Shown: positions 51,655-63,089 of the stretch, piece after piece
Layout of the letters: each line of letters opens with the position of its first letter
Position numbering within the stretch: the stretch's first letter is position 1
Assembly (NCBI RefSeq): GCF_001194135.2
Contig: NC_068984.1
Span: 116,397,391-116,461,247, forward strand
DNA length: 63,857 bases
From: Octopus bimaculoides
Taxonomy: Eukaryota
Direction: 5' to 3'
Notes under the pieces: model-generated
Told to the model about the DNA's origin: nothing
Database searches by the model: none
Seen by the model: only the letters and a program-made list of their open reading frames with translations
Translations under genes and position numbers: made by a program

Positions 51655-52230
51655 CTTGAAAATGATCATATCTCACTCCTCTGGAACTTCACCATTCAAA
51701 CTGACAGAAATTTAGATGCAAATAGGACGGACATTATATTGAAAGACTTCAGACAAAAATCATGCCCCTCATTTATATGACTGTCCCAATCGATATAAAC
51801 GTATCTGTCAAGACCTACCAAAAACTGAGCAAGTATAAAGATCTTGAAACAGAAATTATCAAAATGTGGAACCTGAAGACTAAAGCAATACCTGTTGTCA
51901 TAGGTACCCTAGGAATGATAGCAAAAAGGGCTGATTACTACCTAGCTCAGATTCCAGGAAACCCCAAAATAGCAGAAATTCAAAAGATAGTGCTCATGGG
52001 GACTGCCCATATCTTATGTAAAATACTATGTAATTTCAAATTTTAAAACAAATTCATAATTTTCTTATGTTTTCTTAAATATTCTCTCGAACAATACTAT
52101 CTACAAAACCAAATATATGGCGCCCTAGGCATAATACCAACATGAACTTCTAACCTGTTATCTCTTGAGGTCTCTGGGTGAGACTTGGAGCCAACTTGTA
52201 CAAATGCAAAGCAAAAGTCAAACATAAAAT
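51655..52230 (+). mobile_element. R4/Dong-type LINE 3' end (RLE domain and 3'UTR)
   Basis: LENDHISLLWNFTIQTDRNLDANRTDIILKD..MTVPIDINVSVKTYQKLSKYKDLETEIIKMWNLKTKAIPVVIGTLG..LMGTAHIL, followed by a 3'UTR and a (CAA)/(AAT) tail. Confidence 0.92.
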
Positions 52231-52299
52231 AATAACAACAACAACAACAACAATAATAATAATAATAAAGATAATAATGAAGATGATGATGATGATGGT

Positions 52300-52765
52300 G
52301 ATTTCAAATTTTGGTACAAGGTTGACAGTTTTGGTGGAGAAGAAGAGTCGATTAAACCGAGTCCAATTTTCGATTTAATCGAGTCCTATTTTCGATGAGT
52401 CGATTAAATCGAGTCCAGTGTTCAACTGGTACTTATTTTATCGAACCCCAAAGGATGAATGGCAAAGTCGGCCTCGGTGGAATTTGAACTCAGAACGTAA
52501 GAACAGACAAAAAGCCGCTAAGCATCTTCCTCGGTTTGCTAACGATTCTACCTGCTCGCAGTTATTCCAAAGTTTGGCACAAGGTCAGCAATTTTAGACG
52601 AGGGTGTTGGTCGATTACATCAACACCAGTGCTTAACTAGTATTTAGTTTCTCGACTCTGATAGGATAAAGAGTGAAGTTGACTTCGCAAGATTCGAACT
52701 CAAAACGTAAAAAAAAAACGAAGAAGTATAGCAAAGGATGTTGTTCGAGGTTCTAACATTTCTGC
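52300..52765 (-). mobile_element. Two tandem family C SINEs
   Basis: Two successive TTTGG(T/C)ACAAGG...GTCGATTA...GAACTCA(G/A)AACGTAA...CTAAC units (52300-52560 and 52570-52765). Confidence 0.8.
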
Positions 52766-52779
52766 TAATTCACCATATG

Positions 52780-53425
52780 TTTTGGCTGAATGTAGAATGT
52801 GTGATGAACAAGAAGAGCCAGTTGTCCATATAGTGTCTGAATGGTAAATTCTTGTTCAGAAGAATTCTAGGAACTGGAGACATGACCAGGTTGCATAAAT
52901 AATATATTGGCAAATCTGTAAAAAGAGAATATGCATTTGAACATATGGAAAAATGGCATGACCATAAAAGAGAACACATCTGTGAAAATAACCAAGAAAG
53001 GAACCGTAGAATATGAAGCTTCAAACGGATAAGTAAATAGAACATTCACACCCAGATATTGTTATACACAATAAAAAGGAAAGAATGTTTTGCTTAATCG
53101 ATGTTGCCTGTCCGTTTGATACAAAAATGATAGAGAAAGAAAAAAAGCGAGAAAATGGAAAAATACCAGGATCTAACACACAAACTTCAAAGAATCTAGA
53201 ATTGTCGTAAATTTAGTTGTCTTTATCACATTTATAATAGGTGCCTTAGGAACAGTTGCATGAAGATGGTGGATTATGTTAGATGGACGGTGGAATGGAT
53301 GGTGGACTATGTTAGATATGGAAATGAGTTTTCTGACTCCGTAGAAAACCTTGCTTATTTTGTAAAGCCAGGGCTATAAGAAAGTTGTTAGACAACTAAG
53401 GTTTACGGGATTCAGCTTGATATCT
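52780..53425 (+). mobile_element. R4/Dong-type LINE 3' end (CCHC and RLE), decayed
   Basis: CRMCDEQEEPVVHIVSE..RHDQVA*IIYWQIC..HPDIVIHNKKERMFCLIDVACPFD..IIGALG. Confidence 0.88.
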
Positions 53426-53489
53426 AGAGAGAACGTATACCGACAATAACGACAGGACAGCAATGAAATTCTGAGTGAACAGAATGGAG

Positions 53490-53696
53490 AATGGAGGAAA
53501 AGAGAAGGACGGAGAAGAAGAAAGGAGGAAAAGGAAGAGAAAAGAAGGAGAGGGGGAGTAGAAGAATAAAGAGAATGGGAGGAGGGGAAAGAAGGAGGAG
53601 GAGGAGGAGGAGACAGGATAGGAGAGAGAGAATAAGGAGGAGATAGAGGAAGAGAAGTAGAAAGAAAGAAATAGCAGCAGCAGCAGCAGCAGCAAC

Positions 53697-53729
<33 letters not shown>

Positions 53730-53730
53730 T

Positions 53731-53771
<41 letters not shown>

Positions 53772-53772
53772 T

Positions 53773-53819
<47 letters not shown>

Positions 53820-53820
53820 T

Positions 53821-53860
<40 letters not shown>

Positions 53861-53907
53861 CGGCAGCGGTGTTTGCCATGGTGGTGGTGGTGATGGTACG
53901 GCAGTGC

Positions 53908-53946
<39 letters not shown>

Positions 53947-54075
53947 ATGAAGAAGAAAGGGGAGGGGGTTGAGGAGGAGGAGTGGAGGAGAAAAAGAAGA
54001 AGCAGAAGAAGCAGAAGAAGAAGAAGAAGAAGAAGAAGAAGAAGAAGAAGAAGAAGAAGAAGAAGAAGAAGGACG
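53490..54075. repeat. Purine-rich (GGA)/(CAG)/(TAG)n/(GAA)n compound microsatellite
   Basis: Seen directly; the 268-aa and 151-aa ORFs are its translations. Confidence 0.95.
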
Positions 54076-54259
54076 ATGCTGACGACAACGATAGCAATAG
54101 CAACAACAAACGTGACGTCTGATACAGGTAGAAGGTCAGCGGTTTTGAGGCAATATGACTAATCGTTGCCTTTGAAAGCAGTAGTTGAATGTGTCCTGGC
54201 AAGTGATTGCAACATCAAGCATACAAATTAAATAAATAAATAAATAAATGATAATAATG

Positions 54260-54301
<42 letters not shown>

Positions 54302-54307
54302 CATAAG

Positions 54308-54412
54308 AGCACCACAGCAAACCACAGCACATACCCAAGGCGCACAGAGCTGCGCTCGGTAGTGAAGTGAAAGCACGTTATAAAAATAAAACTACTGAAT
54401 AATAATAATAAT
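54308..54412 (+). mobile_element. Probable LINE 3'UTR fragment with an (AAT)n tail
   Basis: ...GTGAAAGCACGTTATAAAAATAAAACTACTG(AAT)n; the AATAAA-plus-microsatellite tail architecture matches the other RLE LINE ends. Family assignment is an inference. Confidence 0.5.
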
Positions 54413-54414
54413 AA

Positions 54415-54995
54415 GGTGGCTCACATGGCTTCTGATCTTAATTGATTGGAAGTGTTATCATGTACATTGTTTTGGCTTGGTATAAAAGATGGGCTACAGC
54501 AAATATTCTGCTCAATAACACAGATTTGCTCGTCAGTTGTTTGACCTTAACCAGTTGAGTATGTCCCTTGGTGGCTGACGATATGTGCATCTCTGATCAT
54601 GAGCAGAAGTAGTGGGGGAGGATCATAGCCATGTGTCGAGATGTGGAAACATGGGTGTCTTGCTCAACATCCTTAAACAAACCTTATTCAGGGACCTTTT
54701 GAGCGGGATGGGCTACTCGACCTGAAGATAATTCTAACTGGGCCCCACCTGCGAGGTCATGCGCTGTTTATCTTGATATGAGATCACCATGTCGCGCACA
54801 TATGGTTGTGATGCATTTTCCTGGTGTACCCTTATCAGACGGGTAGTCATGATGGGTATACTGGGCTTCGTATATTTTACCCCAGTGTCACTTTGATGGC
54901 ATGTACTGCTCTCTCACTCAATAATAATAATAATAATAATAATTATAAATCATGTACATTGTTTTGTCTTGGTATAAAAGATGGGCTACAGCAAA
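54415..54995. mobile_element. ~510-bp GC-richer non-coding repeat bounded by (AAT)n, with its first ~48 bp re-duplicated after the tail
   Basis: TCATGTACATTGTTTTG(G/T)CTTGGTATAAAAGATGGGCTACAGCAAAT occurs at ~54459 and ~54950. Confidence 0.6.
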
Positions 54996-54999
54996 TGTC

Positions 55000-55610
55000 A
55001 TTTCTCAAAGTGGTCGCGGAATTGCATCTAGCTTCTTCTGTCTCAAATTCCACCTCAATGGTTCCAAACTTCTGTCCTCGGGTGATGTAGGTCGTTTTTT
55101 TCCCACACACACCCAAGGCATTTTTGTTCTTCGCTCTCAGGAGCATTTCCACTCGCCAATGCAATGGTATGTTACCGTGCATCTTGCGATATTTTCTATC
55201 ACGTCGGATGGAGGGATTAGAGCTATTCTTCTTCCATCTTTTTACAATTTTTCTTGCCAATTTTGATTCTTCTTCATCTATGTGGAAACTTTCCATATTT
55301 CCCGCCGCAGACGCGTTTTTTATATTTCATTTCTTTCGTATTGTTCTTGCTGTTATTATTATTACTATTGTTGTTGTTGTTGTTGCTGTCACTGTTGCTT
55401 CTGTTGAGATTGTTGTTCTCGTTGACGAGAACGAAAATTTTGACATTACTGAGAGACAAAACATTTTTCGCCTCGGTGACGTCATTAAGTTTAGGCCATT
55501 GGATATTCATATTCTCAATTCTTTCCCCGTTCTCGATTTTACCCGACCAGGAGCGCGTTCCTTTGTCGAGCATTATGATGGCTTCTTTATCAGTCATCTC
55601 AGATAATTGC
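55000..55610 (-). mobile_element. Probable ORF1-like fragment of an L1/Tx1-type LINE
   Basis: The minus-strand ORFs include EMLLRAKNKNALGVCGKKTTYITRGQKFGTIEVEFETEEA (RRM-like beta/alpha pattern), interrupted by a (CAA/AAT) tract. Family is inferred. Confidence 0.35.
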
Positions 55611-55837
55611 AAAATATTTGTTTTCGTCGAAAGCAGTTAAATTTTAAAATTATTGAAGCGCACCCCCTGCAGTATTATCTGCGCAGTCCAGACAATCTCA
55701 GAAATGTAATGATAACAATAGAAAGGAAAAGACGGGGCTTTAGAAGGCCGAAACGTTTACAAACACTTTTCAACTTACGGAGTACGAAATTTCCGTGACT
55801 TCACAGTATGGTGGTCATAATAATAATAATTATAGTA

Positions 55838-55880
<43 letters not shown>

Positions 55881-55921
<41 letters not shown>

Positions 55922-56170
55922 TCTGGTTTTATTGGCTACAAGGGCTAATATAAATCAAAACCATGTAAGGACAAAGACAGGACGAAGGTTACAAAGGGTT
56001 TTGTCCGAAAAGAAAACGTTCGTGTAAACAGTGAGTAAAACAGAGAAAGATATAACAAATAAAACTCCCAATAGGGGGAGGCGCTTCGAAAGATTACACC
56101 TGGAAAAACCCATAAAAGCCACGGGAGCCTGGTCAGAAAATAAGAAAGGGGTATAGAGCCCTTTCTCCTT
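55881..56170 (-). mobile_element. LINE (L1/Tx1-like) 3'UTR with AATAAA and (AAT)n tail
   Basis: The minus strand has a T-rich UTR ending ...GCCAATAAAACCAGAATT(AAT)n. Confidence 0.55.
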
Positions 56171-57322
56171 TTATATTACCTCTTTTTTTACAGGTAATAA
56201 TAATGCCAATTGGATAGGTGATACAATTAAATGCCATAATCAAGTAGTACAAATGAAAAAAACTTTGGGTAGGAGTAGTGTTGGAAATGAATACAAATGT
56301 TTGCCTATTCGAGCTTTAATCATCAGATTGTAGAGGGATTGAACTAAAACATCGTCTATTTTCTACACCTATGTTGTTGCCTTAACGCTTGAATAAAGAT
56401 ACATTATGTTGATGCAGCAGAGGATCGGAAGGAAGAAGATTAAAGTGATATGATTTAATTGGGAAATAACATAGAAATTATTTTGAGCCCGAGAAACCAA
56501 ACTAGTGGAATTACTTGATAAACACTCAGAACTAAATGGGTAACATAAGGTGAGGAATTATCAAAGCAGCTATCATATAAATAGTTGAAAATTACAATTG
56601 TCACATCAGTTATGAAATATCCTAGTTGAGAGATATAACAAAACTTTTAATCAGTGGCAACGCGACTCACTCCTGGCAAGATAAAATGTATTATTGTAGA
56701 TGAGGAAAGATAGAGTGAATCCCAATATATTTTGTACAACGGCACATCACTAGTTCTCTATGCTGTGTGGCAACTCCTTTATATTGCTGCCAAAAGCTGA
56801 TAGAATTTCGTTGTTAATACAATGTTTAATGATAAACGTCCACCATACAACAAATAACACCAGCTGCCTCGAATGTGCTGAATGGACACAAATGCTTTCA
56901 GTAATTGCGATATTCCGGTTGTCAAACATGCGTTCACTAGTCAAAGCTGAATACATATGAATTCATAAGTATATGAATTCAATCTTTTGTGTGGCGTAAT
57001 TATTATTGTCTCGTATCTTTAGTTAAACATATTGCATAATATATAAATATAGAAATAAATGAAAACCATCATTGATTTAGAAATATATTTGAACATCGAG
57101 AATATATATTTTATGATGTTTGTATTAGTGAATATGGAGTTGATTTTGAAATTGTTCAAAAACTAATTTGAAATTAAATTTAGAATTACGAAAAACGTAA
57201 TTGCTTTTCTGCTAAGTGGAGCTCATTTATTAAATGTAAGATGGCTGAACTTTGTTGAAATGAATGTTATTTTGTTTTCTGTGTGTCTGTGTTTGTGTGT
57301 AAATATGAGTGCGTGAGTGTAC

Positions 57323-57380
<58 letters not shown>

Positions 57381-57739
57381 TGTTATTACTGTTGCTTCCT
57401 TTATTATATCTACTTATATATAAAGCATTTCATTTTGTCAATTATTCAAGCAATAGCTATAGTAATGTGAATAATTGTTAGTTCTTCAAATAGTTCGCTA
57501 CAACAACAACGGCAAATTTAATAGCAATTATAACTAACAGTATTGGTAATAATGATTTCTAGCAAGAGCCAATAATATTAATAACTCGCAAATCTATATA
57601 CTGTCCAAAAATATTAATTTTAAGTACAACCCTGCAACTCACATCCTGCACATTTCCAATTCAGTATCACAATACACATTGTACATTCTCAGCCAAGCAC
57701 ACACACACACACACGCACAACAAATTCCTTTCTGCTGTA

Positions 57740-58120
57740 GATATAAGGACTGAAATTTTAGGGAATGGGCTAATTGATTACCTCGACCCCAGTGCTCAAC
57801 AGGTCTTTATTTTATACATCCCGCAAGGAAGACACACCCGACCTCAGCCAAATTTGAACTCCGAACGTAAATTTGAAAGAAATGCTGCTTAGCATTTTGT
57901 CCGATGTTCTAACGATTCTGCCAGCACATTCATCATCCAATGAATTAATGTGATGCATATTTCCTACAGAATCACCATTCGATAATGTAACAGTTTCGCA
58001 TTTAGACACCAAGGCAGGAATTTTTGAAGCGGTGATGTTAATCGATATTTGACGAGTACTTTTACTGGGCATTTTATTGAGTAAAAATAGATGGAAAAGC
58101 AAAGTTAACCTCGGTGCGAT
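57740..58120 (-). mobile_element. Two family C SINEs
   Basis: CGACCCCAGTGCTCAAC...TTTGAACTCCGAACGTAAA...CTAACGATTCTGCCAGC (57740-57930), plus a decayed partial copy at 58000-58120. Confidence 0.75.
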
Positions 58121-58560
58121 ACTTATACTCATACCTTAAAAAGCCGGAACAAATAACAAAGAACACTTTCTCCGATGCCCTTACGATTCTACCATCTCAC
58201 TGACATTTATAACGATAATAATTGGTACCCTAGCTGCATAATTTTTTCGATAAATTATTTTTATTTTATTTTCAACGGACGGTTCTTCATGCTCTATCAG
58301 TTACTTCGTTATTTACTTAGAGAGGGATTTCGTTGCTGTTTTGAACAAATTGCTCCTCCTCAATTGCTTTCGTTGTTTTATGTTGTGCCATTTTTTACAA
58401 AATCTATCCGTATGTTCAAGAGTGCATGTTTTATTTTTAAACTATACCTCAGCTTTGAAGGCCTAGTAGTTAGACCTTTCCACCCTCACAATGGACTCGG
58501 CTGATAACTGCATCCACCACACACGCGTCAAGAGCTACTCGACAAAACTCCACAAGTCAG

Positions 58561-59105
58561 CTGGGCCCGGATGCGATTTTTTTCCCACGAGAGTTCCGGA
58601 CCCCATTTATGAACTCGTTTACATGCAGCCAATCAGAGCTGAGCTATTAGACTAATTGATGAGCGCAAGTCATGGGCGATAAGATAAGGTCATTTGGGTA
58701 AGGAAGGATCATGCATCTTTTCTCTGTTGATAATGCTTGTTGTTCTTGTTCCTGTTTCAACTATGGCTGCTTCTGCGTAGTTATTTGTGTTGTCGTTGTT
58801 TACCTTCTAAAACAGTAAGGGGAGAGGATTGCTAGCACATCACCCTCTACCCACATTTTTCCCATCCACATCTTTACTATATTGGGCCCTAACAAAATCC
58901 GATAATAGATATAGATGCAAATTTATCTAATTAATTATCTCCTAAAATCAGGCATATTTGGGGCATCGGTCGACTTACACCGTTCTTCGTCTTGAGTTTA
59001 CTTGGTAGAATGTGTTTGTTAACTTGACAAGGTCAAGGTAAGCTCTGATTGGCTGTATGCAAATGAGCTCCAGAACACTCGTGGGAAAAAAATTTCGCGG
59101 CCCGG
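58561..59105. other. Inverted-repeat-bounded ~545-bp element with CCAAT, octamer and CGTGGGAA motifs in the arms
   Basis: TTTTTTTCCCACGAG..CAGCCAATCAGAGCT (58577-58640) is inverted as AGCTCTGATTGGCTGTATGCAAATGAGCTCCAGAACACTCGTGGGAAAAAAA (59041-59092). Confidence 0.7.
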
Positions 59106-59467
59106 ACATGCAAAACGGTTTCATCGCTGTTCTGCGCGCACCTTGAAGAAGTTCGCTTGACAGCACTTCCGTGCTTGTAGAACTTGTCCTGAAACTAGCA
59201 GAGCCTCTCAGTAGCATTGCCAGACTATGGGCATCTGGAAATTGTCCACAGGCCTGGCCTGAAGGTTCTTTGGAAAAGACCAGCTTATTGCTCTCCCCCC
59301 GACGCCCAGATGATGTTGCCACTCTTACTCGCCACTAATCCACTATAGATCCCCCAATGTGGAACTTCCAGTGGCCACATTACCCCACTGGCATAGGTCT
59401 GTGAGAGCTTGCCGACACTCCAGGTGCTAAGCGCCTTTAATGATGATGATGATGATGATGATGATGA
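59106..59467 (+). mobile_element. Unclassified GC-rich repeat ending in (GAT)n, possibly an RTE-type 3' end
   Basis: The segment is GC-rich relative to its flanks and runs directly into (TGA)n. No diagnostic peptide was recovered. Confidence 0.3.
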
Positions 59468-59631
59468 NNNNNNNNNNNNNNNNNNNNNNNNNNNNNNNNN
59501 NNNNNNNNNNNNNNNNNNNNNNNNNNNNNNNNNNNNNNNNNNNNNNNNNNNNNNNNNNNNNNNNNNNNNNNNNNNNNNNNNNNNNNNNNNNNNNNNNNNN
59601 NNNNNNNNNNNNNNNNNNNNNNNNNNNNNNN

Positions 59632-59686
<55 letters not shown>

Positions 59687-60056
59687 TTTCGCTTATCTAG
59701 GTAGAACATTTTGCATAGATACAGTAACATTTCCCCTGGAAAACAAGTAACACGAGTAAATACACAGAATGGAATATTCATAAATGTTTTATTAATGATA
59801 ATAGATATTGCCTGTGTGGATAATTTCCTAAGATATTACACCACATAGCATCAGTATGTGAACACCTTTATAGACACACAACAGATTAAGTTAGAAACCT
59901 ACATTAGTCAGTCAATTCTAATATTTTTTAATGCAACATTCTTGAAAGCCTTGCAGATCTTCACTCCTGCGAGAAAAAAAGTAACGATACAAAAAATTAG
60001 CTACTATAGAAGAAGCTGAAATACACGCTCGCACACAGGCACGCACAATCTCTCTC

Positions 60057-60087
<31 letters not shown>

Positions 60088-60678
60088 ACTTAACGGAAAT
60101 TATTGCTCTGACAAAAATAGTAATCGTACGAAATAATTGATGTAGCAATAGTAAGGGATCGAGAATGCTGTGATAATAAAGAACTGTCTTTGCCGTTGAA
60201 TAGAAATAATTACGACACGTCCATCATTCCTTCCATTTGCAATTGATATAAATGAAATAATGCAAAATTGCATTGGTAAAGATATCGAGAAAAAAATTAC
60301 ATACACGCTTTGAGATTCGTGTGTTTCAAGATGTGGCAAATCTGGGATCTTTCTTTTACTATGATGAGAATTGGAGATTTCTAAGTATTTGGTAAGGTTT
60401 AAATGCATGTGTGCATGTCGATCAGGATTAGTCTACCTCTCTCCTCCTCTCTCCCCCCTCTCTTCACTTCTCTCTTTTTCTCTCACATCCTTTCTTTTTT
60501 CTCTCCTGCTCTCTCCTGCTCTCTCTTCCATAACTTCTTCCTCTCTACGTATATGTGCGCATGTGTGTATCTATAAGATTTATATATCTGTGTATATATG
60601 CTTGTGTATGTATATACGTCTATACAGTGTACAGTGTATATGTACATATATGTGTGTGTGTTTGTATTAAGTACATAC

Positions 60679-60740
<62 letters not shown>

Positions 60741-61109
60741 GCATGTATATATACATATTATACACACACATACATATACATATATACATCGTTGTTTGCA
60801 CGTCTACAGCGTAATCTGTAATGAATGTTTGCATATTTATTCTTCGCACATCTAGGCAGGTTCAGACGCTAGATAAACTGGACGCTGTAGTGTATCTCTT
60901 GTGAGAATGATTTCTCCTCGTTTACAACAATGGTGTGTTCAACATACTAGTCTCATTTGCGCACGGCATTCTGAGAGTAGCAACCGGAAATCTGTGACTA
61001 ACCAAAGCGTCATTTCAGATCTCTGGAGTAGAAGTAATCGACTAGCTCCCTCCCCTAAAATTTCTGATTCTGTGCTTACAGTTGAAAAGATTATTATTAT
61101 CAAGGCAGC

Positions 61110-61310
61110 AAAATGTCTGAACCGTTAGTATGACGGGTAAAATGCTTAGCAGCATTGCGTCTGTTTATGTTCTGAGCTCAAAATCCGCACGATATTGCCT
61201 TTCATCCTATTGTCCTTTCGGAGTCGATAAAAAAGTATCAGTTGAGTACTGGGGTCGATGTAATCGATTTATCTCCTATCCCAAAATTTGAAACCATCAT
61301 TATTATCAAT
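61110..61310 (+). mobile_element. SINE family C
   Basis: GGCAGCAAAATGTCTGAACCGTTAG...GTTCTGAGCTCAAA...GGAGTCGATAAA...ACTGGGGTCGATGTAATCGA. Confidence 0.8.
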
Positions 61311-61539
61311 CATTTGGAAGTTTCAGACAAATTTCTTCTGCAGAACTGCTGCACCTCCGTGTTGTTGGTATGTGTGCAAACTCTTCCCGGTATTGTATTG
61401 CGTCAGTTCCTTTTTTGTTGGGTCTGGTGCAGTCTTTTGTTGTACTAGTGTTTGTATTGTGTGTTGTGTGTGTAATGCGTTGGGTAAATGCCAGTACGTG
61501 ATTGTTTATTTTATTGAATATTTGCTATATAATGTGTCT

Positions 61540-62600
61540 TGTGTTTGTGGATTGTTTTGTTTGCGTTATATTATTGAATTGATAGTGTCTGGCGTAGGAT
61601 GTGAGCTGTTCTTAGCAGCCCACATCCTACGTCGGACACTAGTTTTTTCCTTCTTTCTCTTATATCCTGTTGTCATCGGGACATTCTATGTTGATTATCA
61701 TGCATGTTCTTTCTTTTTCTTTTTCACAACAACGTACGGATGTACGGTTTCCGATGCCTGGCCAGGTAATCGCACTGAATCATTGCATCTCACAGGATTT
61801 TGCAATGTTCATTCTCAGTGACTCCTTCTGGGGGTTTACTCATACCACGTCTTTGCCCTTTGTAGGTGTTGATTTTCATAACGCTCCCGATTGATCATTC
61901 TTACCACGTTGCCATGTCGTCTTTTGTATTCGCGTTTTGCCAAATTCGGGCATTCGCTAACGATGTGCCATGCCCTTTCACCTCTCTCACCGAGCATTCT
62001 GCATTTGTCGCTGTCGGTAGTGCTGTCGATTCTGCACTTCACATAGCTGGTCCTTAACGCTTGTTCTTGAGCTGTGCATGAATGCTTCTGTCTCTATCTT
62101 CAAGTCACTTCTCCTCATCTATAGCTACCAGCCTTCAGTATTTGTCTTGGTGTTCGTGTCTCTTGCAAACTGACCGTACATTTTTCTCCTACCATGCTGT
62201 TTCTTTCTTTTCTGTTTTTGTCTTCTTTTCCTTTTTAAGCTTTTCTTTCTTAACACAATTATCAGTGTTAATGACGCCGGTGTCACTCTTATGGTGGAAG
62301 GCTCTGCTCTGTGCACTATCAACATTCTTCTTGTCTTCGTATCTATTTTTGCAGTTCTTTCTTTTGCCATTTTCTGATTCCATCTCCTTACTGAAGTGAT
62401 GCTTCAGTATCACACATCTATTATCTGACTTAATTTTATTCCATCCGGTTAATTTTGAGCGCAACACCAATCTTATTCTTTGGAAATATTCCCTCTTCAG
62501 TTGCTCTTTTATTTCCTTCTCCATTATCTCGTATGCCAAAGTATTTGCAGCTTTCCTTTTCAATTTGTTCAATTAGTTCTCTATTAGGTAATTCTATACC
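61540..62600 (-). mobile_element. R4/Dong-type LINE, 5'-truncated and internally deleted (RT C-terminus, CCHC, RLE)
   Basis: The minus strand reads GIELPNREEIEQIEKESCKYFGI..KREYFQRIRLVLRSKLTGWNKI..DKCRMLGERGERAWHIVSECPNLAKREYKRRH..TWYE*TPEGVTENEHCKIL*DAMIQCD..RHRKP..LRTAHILRQTL. Confidence 0.92.
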
Positions 62601-62671
62601 TTTATTATTATTATTATTGTTGTTGTTGTTGTTGTTGTTGGTATAAAAGAAATCATTACTATTATTAATAT

Positions 62672-62890
62672 AAAGGGTGGCGTGGTGGTAGAATCGTTTG
62701 CACGCGGGGTAAAAAGCTTACCGACATTTCGTCCTTCGTTACGTTCCACCTTCAAATTCCGTCGAGATCAACTTTGCCCTTCGTCCTTTCGGGGTCGATA
62801 AAATAAGTACCAGTTGAGCACTGGAATCGTTGTAATCGACTCACCCGGTTCCGCTGAAATTGCTGGCCTTGTGCCAAAATTTGAAACCAT
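62672..62890 (+). mobile_element. SINE family C
   Basis: GGTGGCGTGGTGGTAGAATCGTTTGCACGCGG...CCTTTCGGGGTCGATAAAATAAGTACCAGTTGAGCACTGG...CCTTGTGCCAAAATTTGAAACC. Confidence 0.9.
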
Positions 62891-62891
62891 T

Positions 62892-62926
62892 GTTATAATA
62901 ATAATAATAATAATGATAATGATGAC

Positions 62927-62962
<36 letters not shown>

Positions 62963-63033
62963 AATAATATTAATAATAATAATAATAATGATGATGATGA
63001 TGATAATAATAATAATAATAATAATGATAATAA

Positions 63034-63089
<56 letters not shown>

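Noticed and set aside
56170-56700. Possible CR1 3' remnant
   Set aside because: Only vague similarity to RRLRGD/WNxLP motifs; not supportable.
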